Source: Epiperipatus broadwayi
Lineage: Eukaryota; Animalia; Onychophora
Direction: 5' to 3'
Length of the DNA stretch: 64,000 nucleotides
NCBI GenBank assembly: GCA_028023455.1
Contig: JAQFVV010000002.1
Span: 15,624,001-15,688,000, forward strand
Positions 13,281 through 26,086 of this stretch are shown in pieces (position 1 is the first letter of the stretch; each line of letters begins with the position of its first letter). A program made the position numbers and the translations under genes. The notes under the pieces are model-generated. The model did not search any database, was not told the DNA's origin, and saw nothing but the letters and a program-made list of their open reading frames with translations.

Positions 13281-13778
13281 AGATACTTTGGGATTAGTAT
13301 TGTCACGATATAATCATCTGGTCATAATTATTCTAACTTTGCAAATTATTCTAACACTTTAGATTTGTTATTTTTTTTAAAGATTAGAAAACTTTAAATT
13401 TAAAAAATGAGTTTTTGAATTCAACTAAATTTTAAAAAATTATTATAAATATCAACTTTATATTTAAAAAAATTTGAATTCAAGTTAATTTTAAAAAATC
13501 ATTATGTAAATGATATAAATAAAAGATTGTTTTAGATAAAAAAAACAAAGTAAACAAAGGCAATTTTCAATATTCAGTTTATTTAATTCAAATATTTTAT
13601 TTATATTGTATTCATAATAATTTTTTTAAAATTAACTTGAATTCAAGAACTTATTTTCTAAATATAACATTTGCTAAACCTAGAGTGATAATTGTACAAG
13701 TAATGAAGATATATTTGCAAAGTTAGAATAATTATAGTCAGATGATTATATCACAACAGCACTAATCTCAAAGTATCT
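13281..13778. mobile_element. MITE-like element with ~66-bp terminal inverted repeats
   Basis: 13281-13346 and 13713-13778 are inverted repeats (AGATACTTTG...CTTTGCAAAT); TTTATT on both flanks; internal inverted subrepeat ~13460-13503 / 13613-13650. Confidence 0.75.
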
Positions 13779-16700
13779 TTTATTGGTAACACTTTTACAT
13801 ATTCACATTTGTCTTATTGATTAATGAAGTAAAGTTTACATAAGGAAATTCTGATCACCAAATACTACACTATTTAATCAAAGCAGTTACACCTGTCTCT
13901 GTCTATAATGATCTATCACATGAATTATTACATAATGATAAATCCAAATGGGCAATCTGGTGTGCACCAAAGATGAGATACAGCAAAGTAATTTGAATAA
14001 ATTTTAAACTGGAGGTTATATTTGGCCCTCACACTTATACTGGGACTAAATGCCACAAGTATAGCCTTGGAAACCTATGTATATAATTATCAATAAAAAT
14101 ATATCTAGTTATTGACTCACATATATCAGATAGATTCATAATACTGAGAAACCATATGTAATAAAAGAGAAAATTATTTGCCTAAAAAATTCATTAAGAA
14201 GCATCACCATACATGTCAAGTGTATGCATTCCATCAACTTAGAACAGGAATCAGCCCATTAAGACACATTACCCACAATTTACATGAATCTTCCAAATAA
14301 TCACACACCACAACACAACATTCTTTCAGATATTTTGATTTTCAGTAATCAGATATGGATTTTTTTTTAATACAAGGATTAGTCATAATTCAAAAAGCAT
14401 TGTTGTCCTGTTATCCACCAATGGTATAAGAGCTATCAGACAAATTAAAAAAAATTTTGTATGTTAAATTGTCAGAATTACTAATATTGAATAATATAGC
14501 ATCTTTTCTTAAAAAAAATCAACCCATTTGTAAATATATGCAGGATAATCAATATGTCAGTCTTTCTTTATTCTCATAATAAATTAATTTTTATCTTCCA
14601 GTATTTCTTGAGTGTTTCTGGTAATCCTATTTAGGCATGAACTGAAAAATCTATTTGTCTTTTTTCATCTTTAATGGTGGGATCATCACTACATCAAGTT
14701 CTAGATGCAGCACACTTGTATGATGTGGTATAACCTTCTTTAATTCTAGTTCTGCTTTCAAATTGAGCCAAACCTTTATTTTGGTTTTGATTTTCATGTT
14801 ATCAATATTTTTTTCAAGGTTTTCAAGATTATACATTTATATTATTCCTAGGTTTTATATATTTTTTTTATCTCCAAAGAATTGATGCAAGCATGGTTAA
14901 CTTGGTTTTTGACTTACCATGCATGATATTCCCTGGGGTTCAAGAATTTGCCTACTTGCTCTATGGCTTTCTTACCAGTTCCTAAAATCCAATTTTAAAA
15001 TGTAGATGAAAGAACTAATATAATATGACCCTTAGTTATATTAAAGACATCTGCAGTTCTTAACTTGACTACATACCTCTAAAAGACTCAGAGTAGCTTA
15101 TGCCTTCCGAAATAACTGGTATGGGATAGTTTCTTCTCTCTCTTTTGTCCAGAAATTATTTATCAAGACTTCCTTATATTTCTGAAATATATTGAGTTTG
15201 GTTAAAGAGACAATCCTATTTTACTTGGCCATCACTCTATAAATGATTGCATACTATGGCTAACTTACACTATTCTGACATCAAATTTTATTCAAAATCT
15301 TTCTCTAAACTATCAAGATGTTCTGTAGGTGCTTCACATATCTAATCTTTAAATATTTGAATTTTCAATAATTGATTTATATTGGGGCTGACTTGCCCCA
15401 AACTATTTCATTTAACTTCTGTTGCTTCAGATTCTATTGCTTTATTAAAACCACTCCTATAATGGACTGATTTTAAATCTTTCAACTTGACATTCTTCAT
15501 AGTTTCTTTATATTTATTTGCTTTGCTTCTGTTTTCCAAGTTGATGTATATTTGTGTTAACTTCTATCTGTTTTCTATTCATTTGCTGATTTTCCTAAAT
15601 TACTTTTTCATAGTCAATTTTGAAATCATTTAGCTTTCTGGTCACATATTTTATATTTTCTTGCTTCTCAATTACTGTTCTTTATCACTTGGATTTCTAT
15701 CTTTTCTGTCTTTCCACTAAACTTTACTTGCTTCTCTTTCAATTGATTAAATATTTTTCCACATGTTTTTGTGCAATGTTTCTATCATAATCTTATTCTT
15801 TTCCCTTATTTTTATGAACCTCTCTAATCACTTATTTAATCTCTTTAAACATAACATCATTTTTTAATTGCCATTTGATGAGGTTTTCTTTTATGGTTTG
15901 AAAATTTACATCCATTTCCTGTCAGCATTCTTTGATTAAATTGTACAACATTAGCATGTCATAGTTGACTGAAATTATTTCTATAAGTTTAATTTTCATT
16001 TGTTCCAGGTTCAACTTTGTCTGCTGTTCTGCTTCTTGCCCTACTGTTTTCTATATCTGATTCTTGCTTGATTTTTTTTTCTCTAACTGATATGGATATC
16101 ATCTAATATATGTATTTATATTTATATGTTTATTTCTATTATTTATTAATATTATGATTATTATCATCGTCATTTTAAAAAAAGACAAAGAAATAATCCT
16201 CCTATTATTATATAAATTCACTGCTATATAGCTTACTATATCAACCCTTACCAGAAACAGTAAAATCTTTCCAGAAATAGTGAAACTTTCCTGAATTCAG
16301 ACCCATGTCAATTTTAAAATTCTTTTGCTGACTTGACTCTCTTAACTCCTACATACCCTTAACATTATTAATTATTGTCTAATACTTATAACTAATCCTA
16401 CTGTAAATCTCAGTTCCCATTCCAAATGATTGTTTCTTATTTCATAACACTTTCCTTAATATGATTATGATATGTTATTTATCAAAAGCATGTTAAGCAT
16501 GAATAAACACATTTAAAATATATAGTCTACCTTTTCTGTATAAATAATCAGAACATTTATGTGACTATTACCTTAATAAATATTATTTATATTACTCAGG
16601 CATATACATATTGCAATACTATTAATGAGTATGACAAAACAATATGTTAGATATTTTCTTTTCATATATCCCCTAAAATTGGTCATTCTTTATGTACAAT

Positions 16701-16896
16701 TTACTCAGGTATACTGTTTTGCCAAATCATATATTAAGAAGCCATTTATGTGACAGTAATATGGCAGGAATGACTTTCAATCTAACTTTAATTAGTCTAT
16801 TCTTCATACATTTATGCAGAAAGTAGATAATGATGGTGATTGAAGTAAAACAGATTATGTTTTCCAATTACATCCTCAAAATAACTCTAAGAATTC

Positions 16897-18623
16897 CAAA
16901 ATAGGTTTTCCCATCCATAAGTAATTTATTTTTATTTAATTACTTTATTGGATCACAATTTTCTCATGTAAAATAAACCTTTGGAATGGAATAATCTCAA
17001 CCCCTTTACACACCTTAAACTTAAAACAGGCAAAACTCTCTATACATATTCATGTGATGTTTATTGGCTTAACACCTTAAACTTCAAATAACATTCACCA
17101 CTTTCTTAGTAATTAAGTACTCTCTCTACTTTTATTTCAATGAAGAAATTATAAGTGCTAGGGTGAACATTTAAAATAAAATCTGATTTAAAATGGCTCA
17201 GATAATTTGAATTTTATAAAATTAATCAAATACAATTTATTTACATTATACAATTAACTCACAAAGTAAAGTAATTTAAGAATGAAATGATAAAATTAAC
17301 ATGCATACAAAATAAATAAATAAATAAAGTAACTTTTAATATAAAAAAAATAGCAAAAATGTGTTATCATAAAAATGTACTTATTAAATCCCTTTTTTCT
17401 AAAGTTTTTTTAAAAGTCTTACAATGAAAAATAGCTAGAATTATATTAATTGTATACTTAGAGAATTCCATGACTAATTAGTATAGACACATATGGCAAT
17501 ATTTATTATCTTTTCATTGATCCAGTTATTTAGCTGGCCATTTATTATTCTTGTCTGCATTTTTTTTAAATATTCAATCACAGACAATGTTGCAGGCTCA
17601 TATTCTTTGTAGGAACAAATGAGTTATTATTTATCCAAATATTATAGATTGAATTTCAGGCAGTCCCAAGAGATGGCTATATATTCATGGCATAAAATGA
17701 TGTACATTTAGGTCAATTAGCACTGCATATTTTGCAGCTTCTTAACCATGATTCTTTTAATCATGGTTTATATTTGGGGACACATTTCTTTCCAGAACAG
17801 CAATATATATATATATAACTGAACAAAATTTATGATTTAAAGAGAAAAATGGTTGTTCCTGAATTTAGCTGAATAAAATTAAATGTCTATGACCAGTTAT
17901 TTTTAAGTGTACAGTTCTCTTCACTGGAAACTTCTAGATAGAATTTTTTTAATCACCCAGCCAACAGTAAAGAATGTATGCCTATCACTTTTTTAACTTA
18001 GGTTATATATAGAGCTCACAAATAAATTAGGTCATGTGCCATATGATTTTATTTCTTTGTAATTTTCTTTTTGTCAAGAATTGTTAGCCAAGAGGTCATC
18101 ACAGCCGCCTTGCAAGCAAGTAGTTGGTTGCAGACGGTTGTGGGTTTGCCTCCCGGACGATGCTATGACATATGAAAAAAATATATATTTTTTTAACTTT
18201 AATTAATATTGAATAATAGATTACTAAAAAAAAAAATTATTATCTTTTTAGGTTAATTACTATCACATAATAGATTTGTAGATTCATTTTTGTTATCTAC
18301 AAATCTATTCAAGTCCTTGAGTTTTTTTAAATATAGTTATATAGATTAAATTTATCTCAAGCTATTTTTTTTATTGAAATAACACTACATGGATTAAATT
18401 GATTTTTCTACATTTATTTTAAGAAGATTTATTCATTTAATCTATTTTTTCTTTCTTTCTTTAATCCACACAATGCAATCTTATATTTATATATATATAT
18501 ATCACACAAACACATATATCTGTGCATATTCTAAAAGAATACCATTTAATCAATGTATTCACCCCTTTATTTAATTATTACATGTATATTTTTTATAACA
18601 GCCTCTGTTCACAGCATTATGAT
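16897..18623 (+). repeat. Local duplication, copy 2 (empty site for the Penelope insertion)
   Basis: CAGCAATATATATATATATAACTGAACAAAA at ~17797-17828 joins the two flanks that are separated by the PLE in copy 1. Confidence 0.85.
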
Positions 18624-19632
18624 ATAAATGTATATCAGTTTATTTAAATACTTTTTTTTTTCAGTTTTTGTATCAGTTCTTTATTATGCTGAAGTTCCCA
18701 AACTGCATAGACACTAGTAGCTTTTAATTATTAGTTTTATGAATAAACTTCATATTTCTAATGTTTGATTTATAAAGTGACTTTATATTCTACTTTTTAA
18801 GAATAATTTGATCTATAAATTAACTGTTTATTCATTTTATTTTTTAGATTAGTAATACGTTTGTAACATTAGTTATCTGTATATGTCCATGCAGATCTAA
18901 GCCATATTCTCTTTTATCATTTATATAAGTTACTTATATATAGTGAAATTCACATTATTATAATTTTCTTATTACTCAATTGAAATTTTAAAAAAGATGC
19001 ATTCTGTTAATTAAGTAATTCTCTTTTTTTAAAACTCGCCTTTACAAAATGTAACATGTTTTTTAATATTTTATGCATATATTTTAGAAAAGTTTGAGTT
19101 TTATAAAATAAAAATAATAAAAATATATACTTATATTTTAAATATCTTTATTTGAATAACCACTTACATAATTAATACATTACAAAGATATATATTATAA
19201 GATTGAGAATGAATGCATTTAAACACTCTATTATCATGATCATTTAATTAAAATACAAGACGTAATATATTAACAAATTCTTCTTTTATAATAACCTTCA
19301 CAATTCTTTAATTTTATTGTTATCACTATATAATGTTTTATATTCTAGTTGAACAATAACCTAACAGAAGACATTTAGATTCTTTTAGACATATTATAAT
19401 ACTTTCTTTACACACATACACATACATATATTATTCTTATGGTTTAAATATATTGTCAACAATAATTGACTAGAGAAATATATTAACAGTAGTGTTACTA
19501 GGTGACTATCGATTTGCACTAGTAGTTCACAATAGTTTTTTTTATCTTGCTTTATTTAAAAATAAAATTTTTCTCTTTTATTTTTAACCAAAGATCATGG
19601 ATTTAAACTATATAATATTAATATCACTTTAT

Positions 19633-19780
19633 TACTTTACAATGCTTTTTACAATCAACTATTGATGGTTTTGATTGCCTCAGCAATCTTCTTCAGAAAA
19701 TATAAGCAGAAGTTCTGAAGAAGTTTTCTGGAGCAGTCAAAGCTGTTAATAGTGGGCTGTAAAAAGCATTGTAAAAAGTA
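19633..19780. repeat. Hairpin/inverted repeat (family B3) with degenerate HHR-like cores
   Basis: TTTACAATGCTTTTTACA...CTTCTTCAGAA versus TTCTGAAGAAG...TGTAAAAAGCATTGTAAA; minus arm CUGAAGA-A-GAUUGC-UGAG-GCAAUC-AAAA (G12 lost). Confidence 0.7.
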
Positions 19781-19869
19781 TTAAAGAACATAAACAATAT
19801 TAAGATTATATAAATTTGGCAATGCAATAAGAAAAATAAAGTATGGATTTAAACTCAGTGACATATTTT

Positions 19870-20510
19870 TATAGATATGAGAACTTAGAAGAATTTTTCA
19901 TCTTCTCTTTGTATATTATAAATTTTCTTTCATTTTCCACAATGAACTATATTTATTAAGTAATATATTTGTATGGTTTAATTATGCTATAAACAAAGTA
20001 ATGAATAGGGTTATTTCTAGGTAATAACTACAGAAATTTGTTAGCAGTAATAATTCTATGTAATTATTAATTAGTATTGGCATTCTTTAAACTAAGTAAT
20101 TTGCTCTAGTAGTGCACAATATTTATTTATCTTAGTTTTGTCTATGTCTTCATTATTTAATTAAGATATAAGATGTTTATATTAAGAAAATTCTTGTACT
20201 ACAATAGTTGACAATTCTAAATGTAATTGTTGTTATTATATAACATCGTATGACTTAATTAAACAAGCTAAGAGAGCACTTAAATTTTCTCAGTCATATT
20301 ATAATATTTTCTTTAAAGATACATTTTATATATTAAGTATTTTTAGAGTATAATTATGCTGCAACAAAGAAATGAGTAGAGTTATTTCCATGTAACAATT
20401 ATAGAAATTTGTTAGCAGCGATATTGCTAGTTTACTATCATTTACTATTGACAGCATTTAAGCTAAACAATTTGTTTTAGTAATTCACAATAGATGTTTA
20501 TCTTGGGTAA
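19870..20510 (+). repeat. Diverged two-unit tandem repeat, period ~371 bp
   Basis: Anchors ATTATGCT..AACAAAG.AATGA.TAG.GTTATTT (19981/20353) and GAAATTTGTTAGCAG (20033/20404). Confidence 0.6.
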
Positions 20511-20549
20511 AATATCATATGATTTTAGTTTTGATCATTTCTATACCAC

Positions 20550-21572
20550 TTGCTTATGAAAGTCATAAGCTTGCAACTAATTGTGGAATATTACTAATAG
20601 AAGAACATATGATAAAAATTTATTAAACACTATCATCTGGCATTATTTACTTAATCTTACATTAAGTGGCATATAGATAGTGAAGAAAAATATATGCTGC
20701 TAAAATAGCAATATGTACACTATAATCATGTGATATTTTAATGGTTTATACTGAATCTTGGCTGCATGATAGTTGTTAAAAACCGAGGATACCATATTAT
20801 ATAGAAAATGAACTAATTTCATATTTATATGACTATATAAGCATGTTAGTAAAGTATGGTTTTTCAGATTGGATTGATAGCTTCATCACTTAACATAGAG
20901 TTAAATGATTTCCAGAAAGATCATGCATTATATCCCAAACATTCATATGAACTGTACCAAAATTGAAATATCCTCACTGATGAAAGTCATAAGATTGAAA
21001 CTGTTTTGGAAATAGTGATTATGGTAGGATAGGATATGGATTTATTAAGTATTAACTAGCATTTATTATTCTAAAGTTTGCAGTAAGTTGCATAGAGGTG
21101 ATGAAAAAAATATGGTACTAAAACAGCAATATATGAGCTAGAGTTAAGTGCTATTTTGGTGAGTTTATACAAATCATGGCCACATATGTTTATAGTTGTT
21201 AAAAAATTATGGGCACGATAATACATAGTGAATTGTTTCACTTTTGTATGATTATACATGCAAGTTGACAAAAACTGAAAACATTGATATGGTTTTCAAA
21301 TTATGTTGATAGCATGATATCATAACAGAGTTCTATGATGGCTTTAAGAACAAAGCTGCATTGTATCCTAAAGTTTCTGGTGCACTGTTCTAAAATCTAA
21401 AGCGTCTCATTTATGAAATCCATAAACTTGAAACTAGTCAGGGAATATTGGATAGGACATCACAAGATAGGGATGTATTGGCACTATCATTTGGATCTAT
21501 AATTTACTTAATCTTATAGCAAACAGTGTAGAGATAGTGAAAGAAAAATATATGCTGCTAAAACAGATATTC
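20550..21572 (+). repeat. Tandem array of ~430-bp family C units, one HHR motif per unit (retrozyme-like)
   Basis: ATGAAAGTCATAAG-type anchors at 20556, 20980 and 21413 (periods 424 and 433); shared GATAGTGAA(A)GAAAAATATATGCTGCTAAAA and ATAGTTGTTAAAAA blocks. Confidence 0.8.
20970..21014 (+). ncRNA. Type I hammerhead ribozyme motif (family C, middle unit)
   Basis: UCCUCA-CUGAUGA(20977)-A-AGUC-AUAA-GAUU-GAAA-CU-GUU/UUGGAAAUA; the next unit preserves GAAA-CUAGUC (palindromic ACUAGU plus GUC) at 21430-21439. Confidence 0.7.
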
Positions 21573-22252
21573 ATTAATTGGTGGTAAGACCATAATAATC
21601 TAGACCACAGAAAGAAATTTGCTAATATTGAAATGTACAAACTCTGATAAAAAACAAAAAAATCATTCATCAATCCCTCTCTATGTATATTATGAAAATA
21701 TGTTCTTATATATTATTTTTCTTTAAAATAAAATTATTTTTAGGTAAATATTATATACTTTCAAACATTTAGCAAACAGGAAGAAATATAGATGTAAGCA
21801 ATTATTAAGTAGATCTAATAAAAAGTACCATCATATATAATGCCCCAGAGTGTGTTATCTACTACTTATTACAGTCTTTGAAAATATATTCAAAAACTGA
21901 CAACTATTTTCTTAAAAGATTATCATTTTTAATTGTAAATAAATGAGACCAAATTTCTAAAACAGAAGTAAGAGTAGAAATTTCAGTTATCTAAGTTAAA
22001 ACTTAGATTATAATAACCTTAAGAATTAGGATACCAGTAGTTTACTTAAGAATAGCTTAGCAGTAAAATTAAGTGATAAAGAAAAGACTATTGTATTAGA
22101 AATAAATTAACCATTATTAATAGACTGAGACAATCAACAAAAATTGCAACAAGCTTCAGTAAACATTTAAACTGTAATTGCATGATCAGGTGTTTGGGAA
22201 ATCATTAAAATGACAAACTAAATTCAAAAGTTCATTCTATTAACCAAAATAA

Positions 22253-22624
22253 GCAATGTATGTGGGATTCAAACTCAGACTTTCACACGACCCTCAACTC
22301 TCCATGCCATCTCATATTGTTGACCCACCTGATTACACACATGTTGAAAAGATAAATAATCACCAATATACGTATTTCATGCTAAACCAGCAATCATCAA
22401 TTGGTCCAGATTACTATCTCCATACATATATACAATCAGTGCTCAGCTTTATATTAAGATAGCCAATCTTCCTACTTTAATTGACAGGCTTCAAACTACT
22501 CCAACTCACAACTCTTCAGCCTTCCATTTTATTGAAAATCAGATCATGGAATGTTCAAAGCCCACATTAGTGCCAAGGTTGTCATCTTACCCATGAAAGT
22601 CTGAGTTCAAATCCTGCATACATT
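22253..22624 (-). mobile_element. Family A copy A2 (long arm, minus) plus short inverted arm 22594-22624
   Basis: Minus strand ACCAA-UUGAUGA-UUGCU-GGUUU-AGCAU-GAAA-UACGU-AUA/UUGGU-GAUUAU (22356-22413, core mutated); AATGTATGTGGGATTCAAACTCAGACTTTCA versus its inverted copy at 22594-22624. Confidence 0.8.
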
Positions 22625-23232
22625 ACATATAGATATGTGCAGGTTTAAGCCTTTATAGTGTATTAATTTAACTGAAATAAGATTTTTTTTTACTTTCTCA
22701 GCTGTAAATAATTGACTTTAATGTCTACCACTTTTACATTAACCAAGCTACAAACAGTTAACAATGTGTTAATTTATTATATTGTTAGCAATAAATAAAA
22801 AACTAATACTGTAGTCAGTTTCATGTTAAATCATGTAACACTTAAACATCCATGTGATATTAAGCATGACCCAATTGGCAAACAGATTTTTTTTATTCTC
22901 TTGAGTATTCATCCAGAAATAGTAAACTACAACTTCTGTGCTGTATTAAGCAGGCCATAGTACCGAATAAAATAGTGCATTACAGTGCCCTTAATCACAT
23001 ACATTTGATATATGTAAATCAAAGGGGTACTTATATATTAGTCCGGCAGTGATGAAAGTCGCCGGCACAAACAAATGTGTTTATAAAGACTGAATTAAAC
23101 ACACGTTATTCTAAAAAAAATTAATTATGTCTTGTAATGAATATAAGATAATATTCTTATGAGGAGAAAGTTATTGGTCAAAATATTCGTTTTGCTGATA
23201 ATGTTATAAAATGGTGGTGTTTCATTTAAGAT

Positions 23233-23830
23233 TGACGAAAGAGAATAGCTATTCATAAGGGAACGTTTCAAAGTAAGAAAATTCAGACCACAGCAGTGAT
23301 GCTAAGAAACATTTTGTAAATGGACAGAATTGCATGGTTATATATATATTGGTTTAGTTATTACTTGTAATAAATTTAAATTGTTAAAAGTTTACTTGTT
23401 GGAAGATTTTTTCTCGCAAAAAAACGTAACTGCGTGTTTGTTTTATTTCCACTAAATAAAGTTATAGGTGACCAATTTTCAAAACAAAGAATCTTTATGC
23501 ATTTAGATCAGAGGTTCCCAACTTTTTTTATGACGAAAGAGAATAGCTATTCGTCATGGAATGTTTTAAAGTAAAAAAATTCAAACCACAGCAGTGATGC
23601 TAAGAAACATTTTGTAAATGGACAGAATTGCATGGTTATATATATATATTGGTTTAGCTATTGCTTGTAATAAATTTAGATTGTTAAAAGTTTACTTGTT
23701 GGAAGATTTTTTCTAGCAAAAAAACATAACTGTGTGTTTGTTTTATTTCCACTAAATAAAGTTATAGGTGACCACTTTTCAAAACAAAAAAACCTTAATA
23801 AGTTTAGATCAGAGGTTCCCAACTTTTTTA
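23233..23830 (+). repeat. Direct tandem duplication (298 + 300 bp) including the first ~22 bp of the hAT terminus
   Basis: 23233-23530 and 23531-23830 are highly similar, both ending TTTAGATCAGAGGTTCCCAACTTTTTT(T)A. Confidence 0.9.
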
Positions 23831-26086
23831 TGCCCACACCCCTAAAAATTTTTAATATGTTTTCACACTCCTTAAAGTAATAATTTATTTGAAGAATAAA
23901 AGTGAAGATGAGTAAAACAAATTTGTATAATCAATTTTTAATAATATATAAACAAAAATAAAACATATGAAAAAGAAAAGATATTATAACAAATTAAAAG
24001 TTACACAAACCCTACAAAAAAAGTAAATTTTTATCCATGCATGAAATTTCTTTTACAATTTTTTAACTAATGTTTAAATATCCATAAGCCAATTTAAATT
24101 TAATGACTCTTTTGTTCCTGTTTATTGCATAAAAGATTTTCAAAACATGGCACTTTTGCATGTGCACCCATGTGATTTCTAGATTTTGTCTTTATTGACA
24201 AAAAGACACTAAATTCAGACTCACGTAAGTATGATGTCATGAATGGGCTGAGCACAGTTAGTATTTTTTCACAAAGTTTTGGAAACGTCCATTGCCGAAC
24301 ATCAATATTGTTCCAGAAACATGTCCATTGCCGAACACCAACATTGTTCCAAAGTTTTGCTTACAAATTGCAATTCAAGAACATAATTTATGTGCCCTTC
24401 AAAAGAATCTTCCTTCACCTCTTCATCATCCAATATATTATCAAAATTGAAGGAGTATGGACTTATAATCCATTTTTCAGAGATTTCCAGTTCTCCAAAA
24501 TATCCATCAAATGATTCTGATAGTATTTCCAAATGATCCACAATTTCTTCACACACACTTGGAATTAGACTCACCATCAACAATTTTTGAGTGATGGAAA
24601 ATTTGAAAGATTCCCTTTTTTAACTTGTCAACGTCAAATTGGTAACTTTTCTTGGAAAGCATTTAGCTTTTCCCATAATTTCAAATGTTTATGTTTTTTC
24701 CTTGGATGAATACACTCAGGTCTTTTGTACCAGGCAGATCATAATCATATTTTTTCCAAAAGCTTTGATTTCTTCTCGCAGTTCAAAGAAGCACACTAAA
24801 GCTCCCCCATGTGACATCCAGCAGACTTCCATGTGGAAAATCAAAACTGAATGCTCACTTCCAAAATCTTCACAAAGTGACTTAAAGAGGTTATGGTTCA
24901 GAGCATGACTCTTAATTCAGTTAATGGTCTCCACAGGTGTCTGTGACTTTTTCCAACTTTGGGGCAATGTTTTTGATGCCAAAACATGTCAATGAAGAAA
25001 ACAGTGGTTACCTTGAAAGGGTGAAATCTCTTATTTCATCAGTGTCAAAAAACCCTGATTTATTTCCTAGCATAACAGGGACACTATCATTATACATAGA
25101 ACAAATAATTTTGATATATAGGTTATATTTCACAAAGAAGTTTTTTATCCACTGTAAGACATCTTTTTTTTTTTGTGGTTGTTTTCAAATGTTCACAGAA
25201 CAGGAAATCTTCTATTATAACACCATCATGGATATACTTGCACTAGTGTGATAAGTTGACTGCAATTTGCAATATCAGTTGTTTCATTCAACAAGAGAGA
25301 ATGCCCAAATTCAAATCACCAATTCAGCTCTGAATCATATTATTTGATACTGGTTTGATAATGGCACTAATTTAAGCTTGTTTGAGGCTTCTTGAATTTG
25401 GCTACTTTATACACCACATGGTATGAAACCATCAGCAGTGGTTTGATAGCAGATATAAAACCTAAATTTTGGAAGGATTGTTTGGAAATCAAAGCAGGCC
25501 CTTTTAGCTTTCAATGATTCAACATCATGGCCTGCAACACCAGCTCCACCATGCCAGTTGTTGAAGTGTTCCAGAAGCTTAGATAGCTTCATATTTGCAT
25601 TTGAAAAGACAGTGTCACAAAGTATGCATATGAATTTTTTGCAGATTCTCGTTTATTTCGGTGCAAGTGAAACTAAACCATGTAGTGATCATTCCATTTC
25701 CTTTTCTTTGACACAATAAAGGGTTAATTAATAATTTAAGAATTATAATCTGAAAAAAAGGCTAAAGTCAATTAGAAGAAAAATAACAATAAGTAAAATA
25801 ACATCAAGTATAATCCCCATTTATTAGAGATACAAAACACAGAATCAACAATGCACTGACTATCATAGTATTCACACATGGGTTTATATACTCTGCGAAA
25901 CCTTTCCGAATATACATCACATGATGTCATAATTCTTTCACTTCTGGAAGTTTCTCGAGTCATGATCACTTGAATACATTACACAAATAAATAAAATCTT
26001 AACGTAATTCTTGAATATATTGGACAGTAAAAAAACTGAAATGTTATCTCGGAAAGGGTGCAAGCAGCCCTCGTTGGGAAATCCTT
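23810..26086 (-). mobile_element. hAT (Buster/ZBED8-like) DNA transposon
   Basis: Termini CAGAGGTTCCCAAC (23810) and degenerate GTTGGGAAATCCTT (26073-26086); probable TSD GTTTAGAT/GTTTAAAT. Confidence 0.75.
24100..25714 (-). pseudogene. Buster/ZBED8-like transposase pseudogene
   Basis: KRKWNDHY, CILCDTVFSNANMKLSKLLEHFNNWHGG (BED finger); ORF 24302-24583 ...HLEILSESFDGYF...; ILTVLSPFMTSYLRESEFS (hAT dimerisation PFxTTYLCESGFS); ends KQEQKSH*. Confidence 0.85.

Noticed and set aside
14200-15900. Possible very old LINE RT relic on the minus strand (KSAP, PYQLFRK, KKAIEQV)
   Set aside because: Motifs too degraded and spacing inconsistent to support a call.
20550-21572. CRISPR-array interpretation of this or any repeat in the window
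   Set aside because: No short identical repeats with unique spacers and no cas genes; context is eukaryotic.
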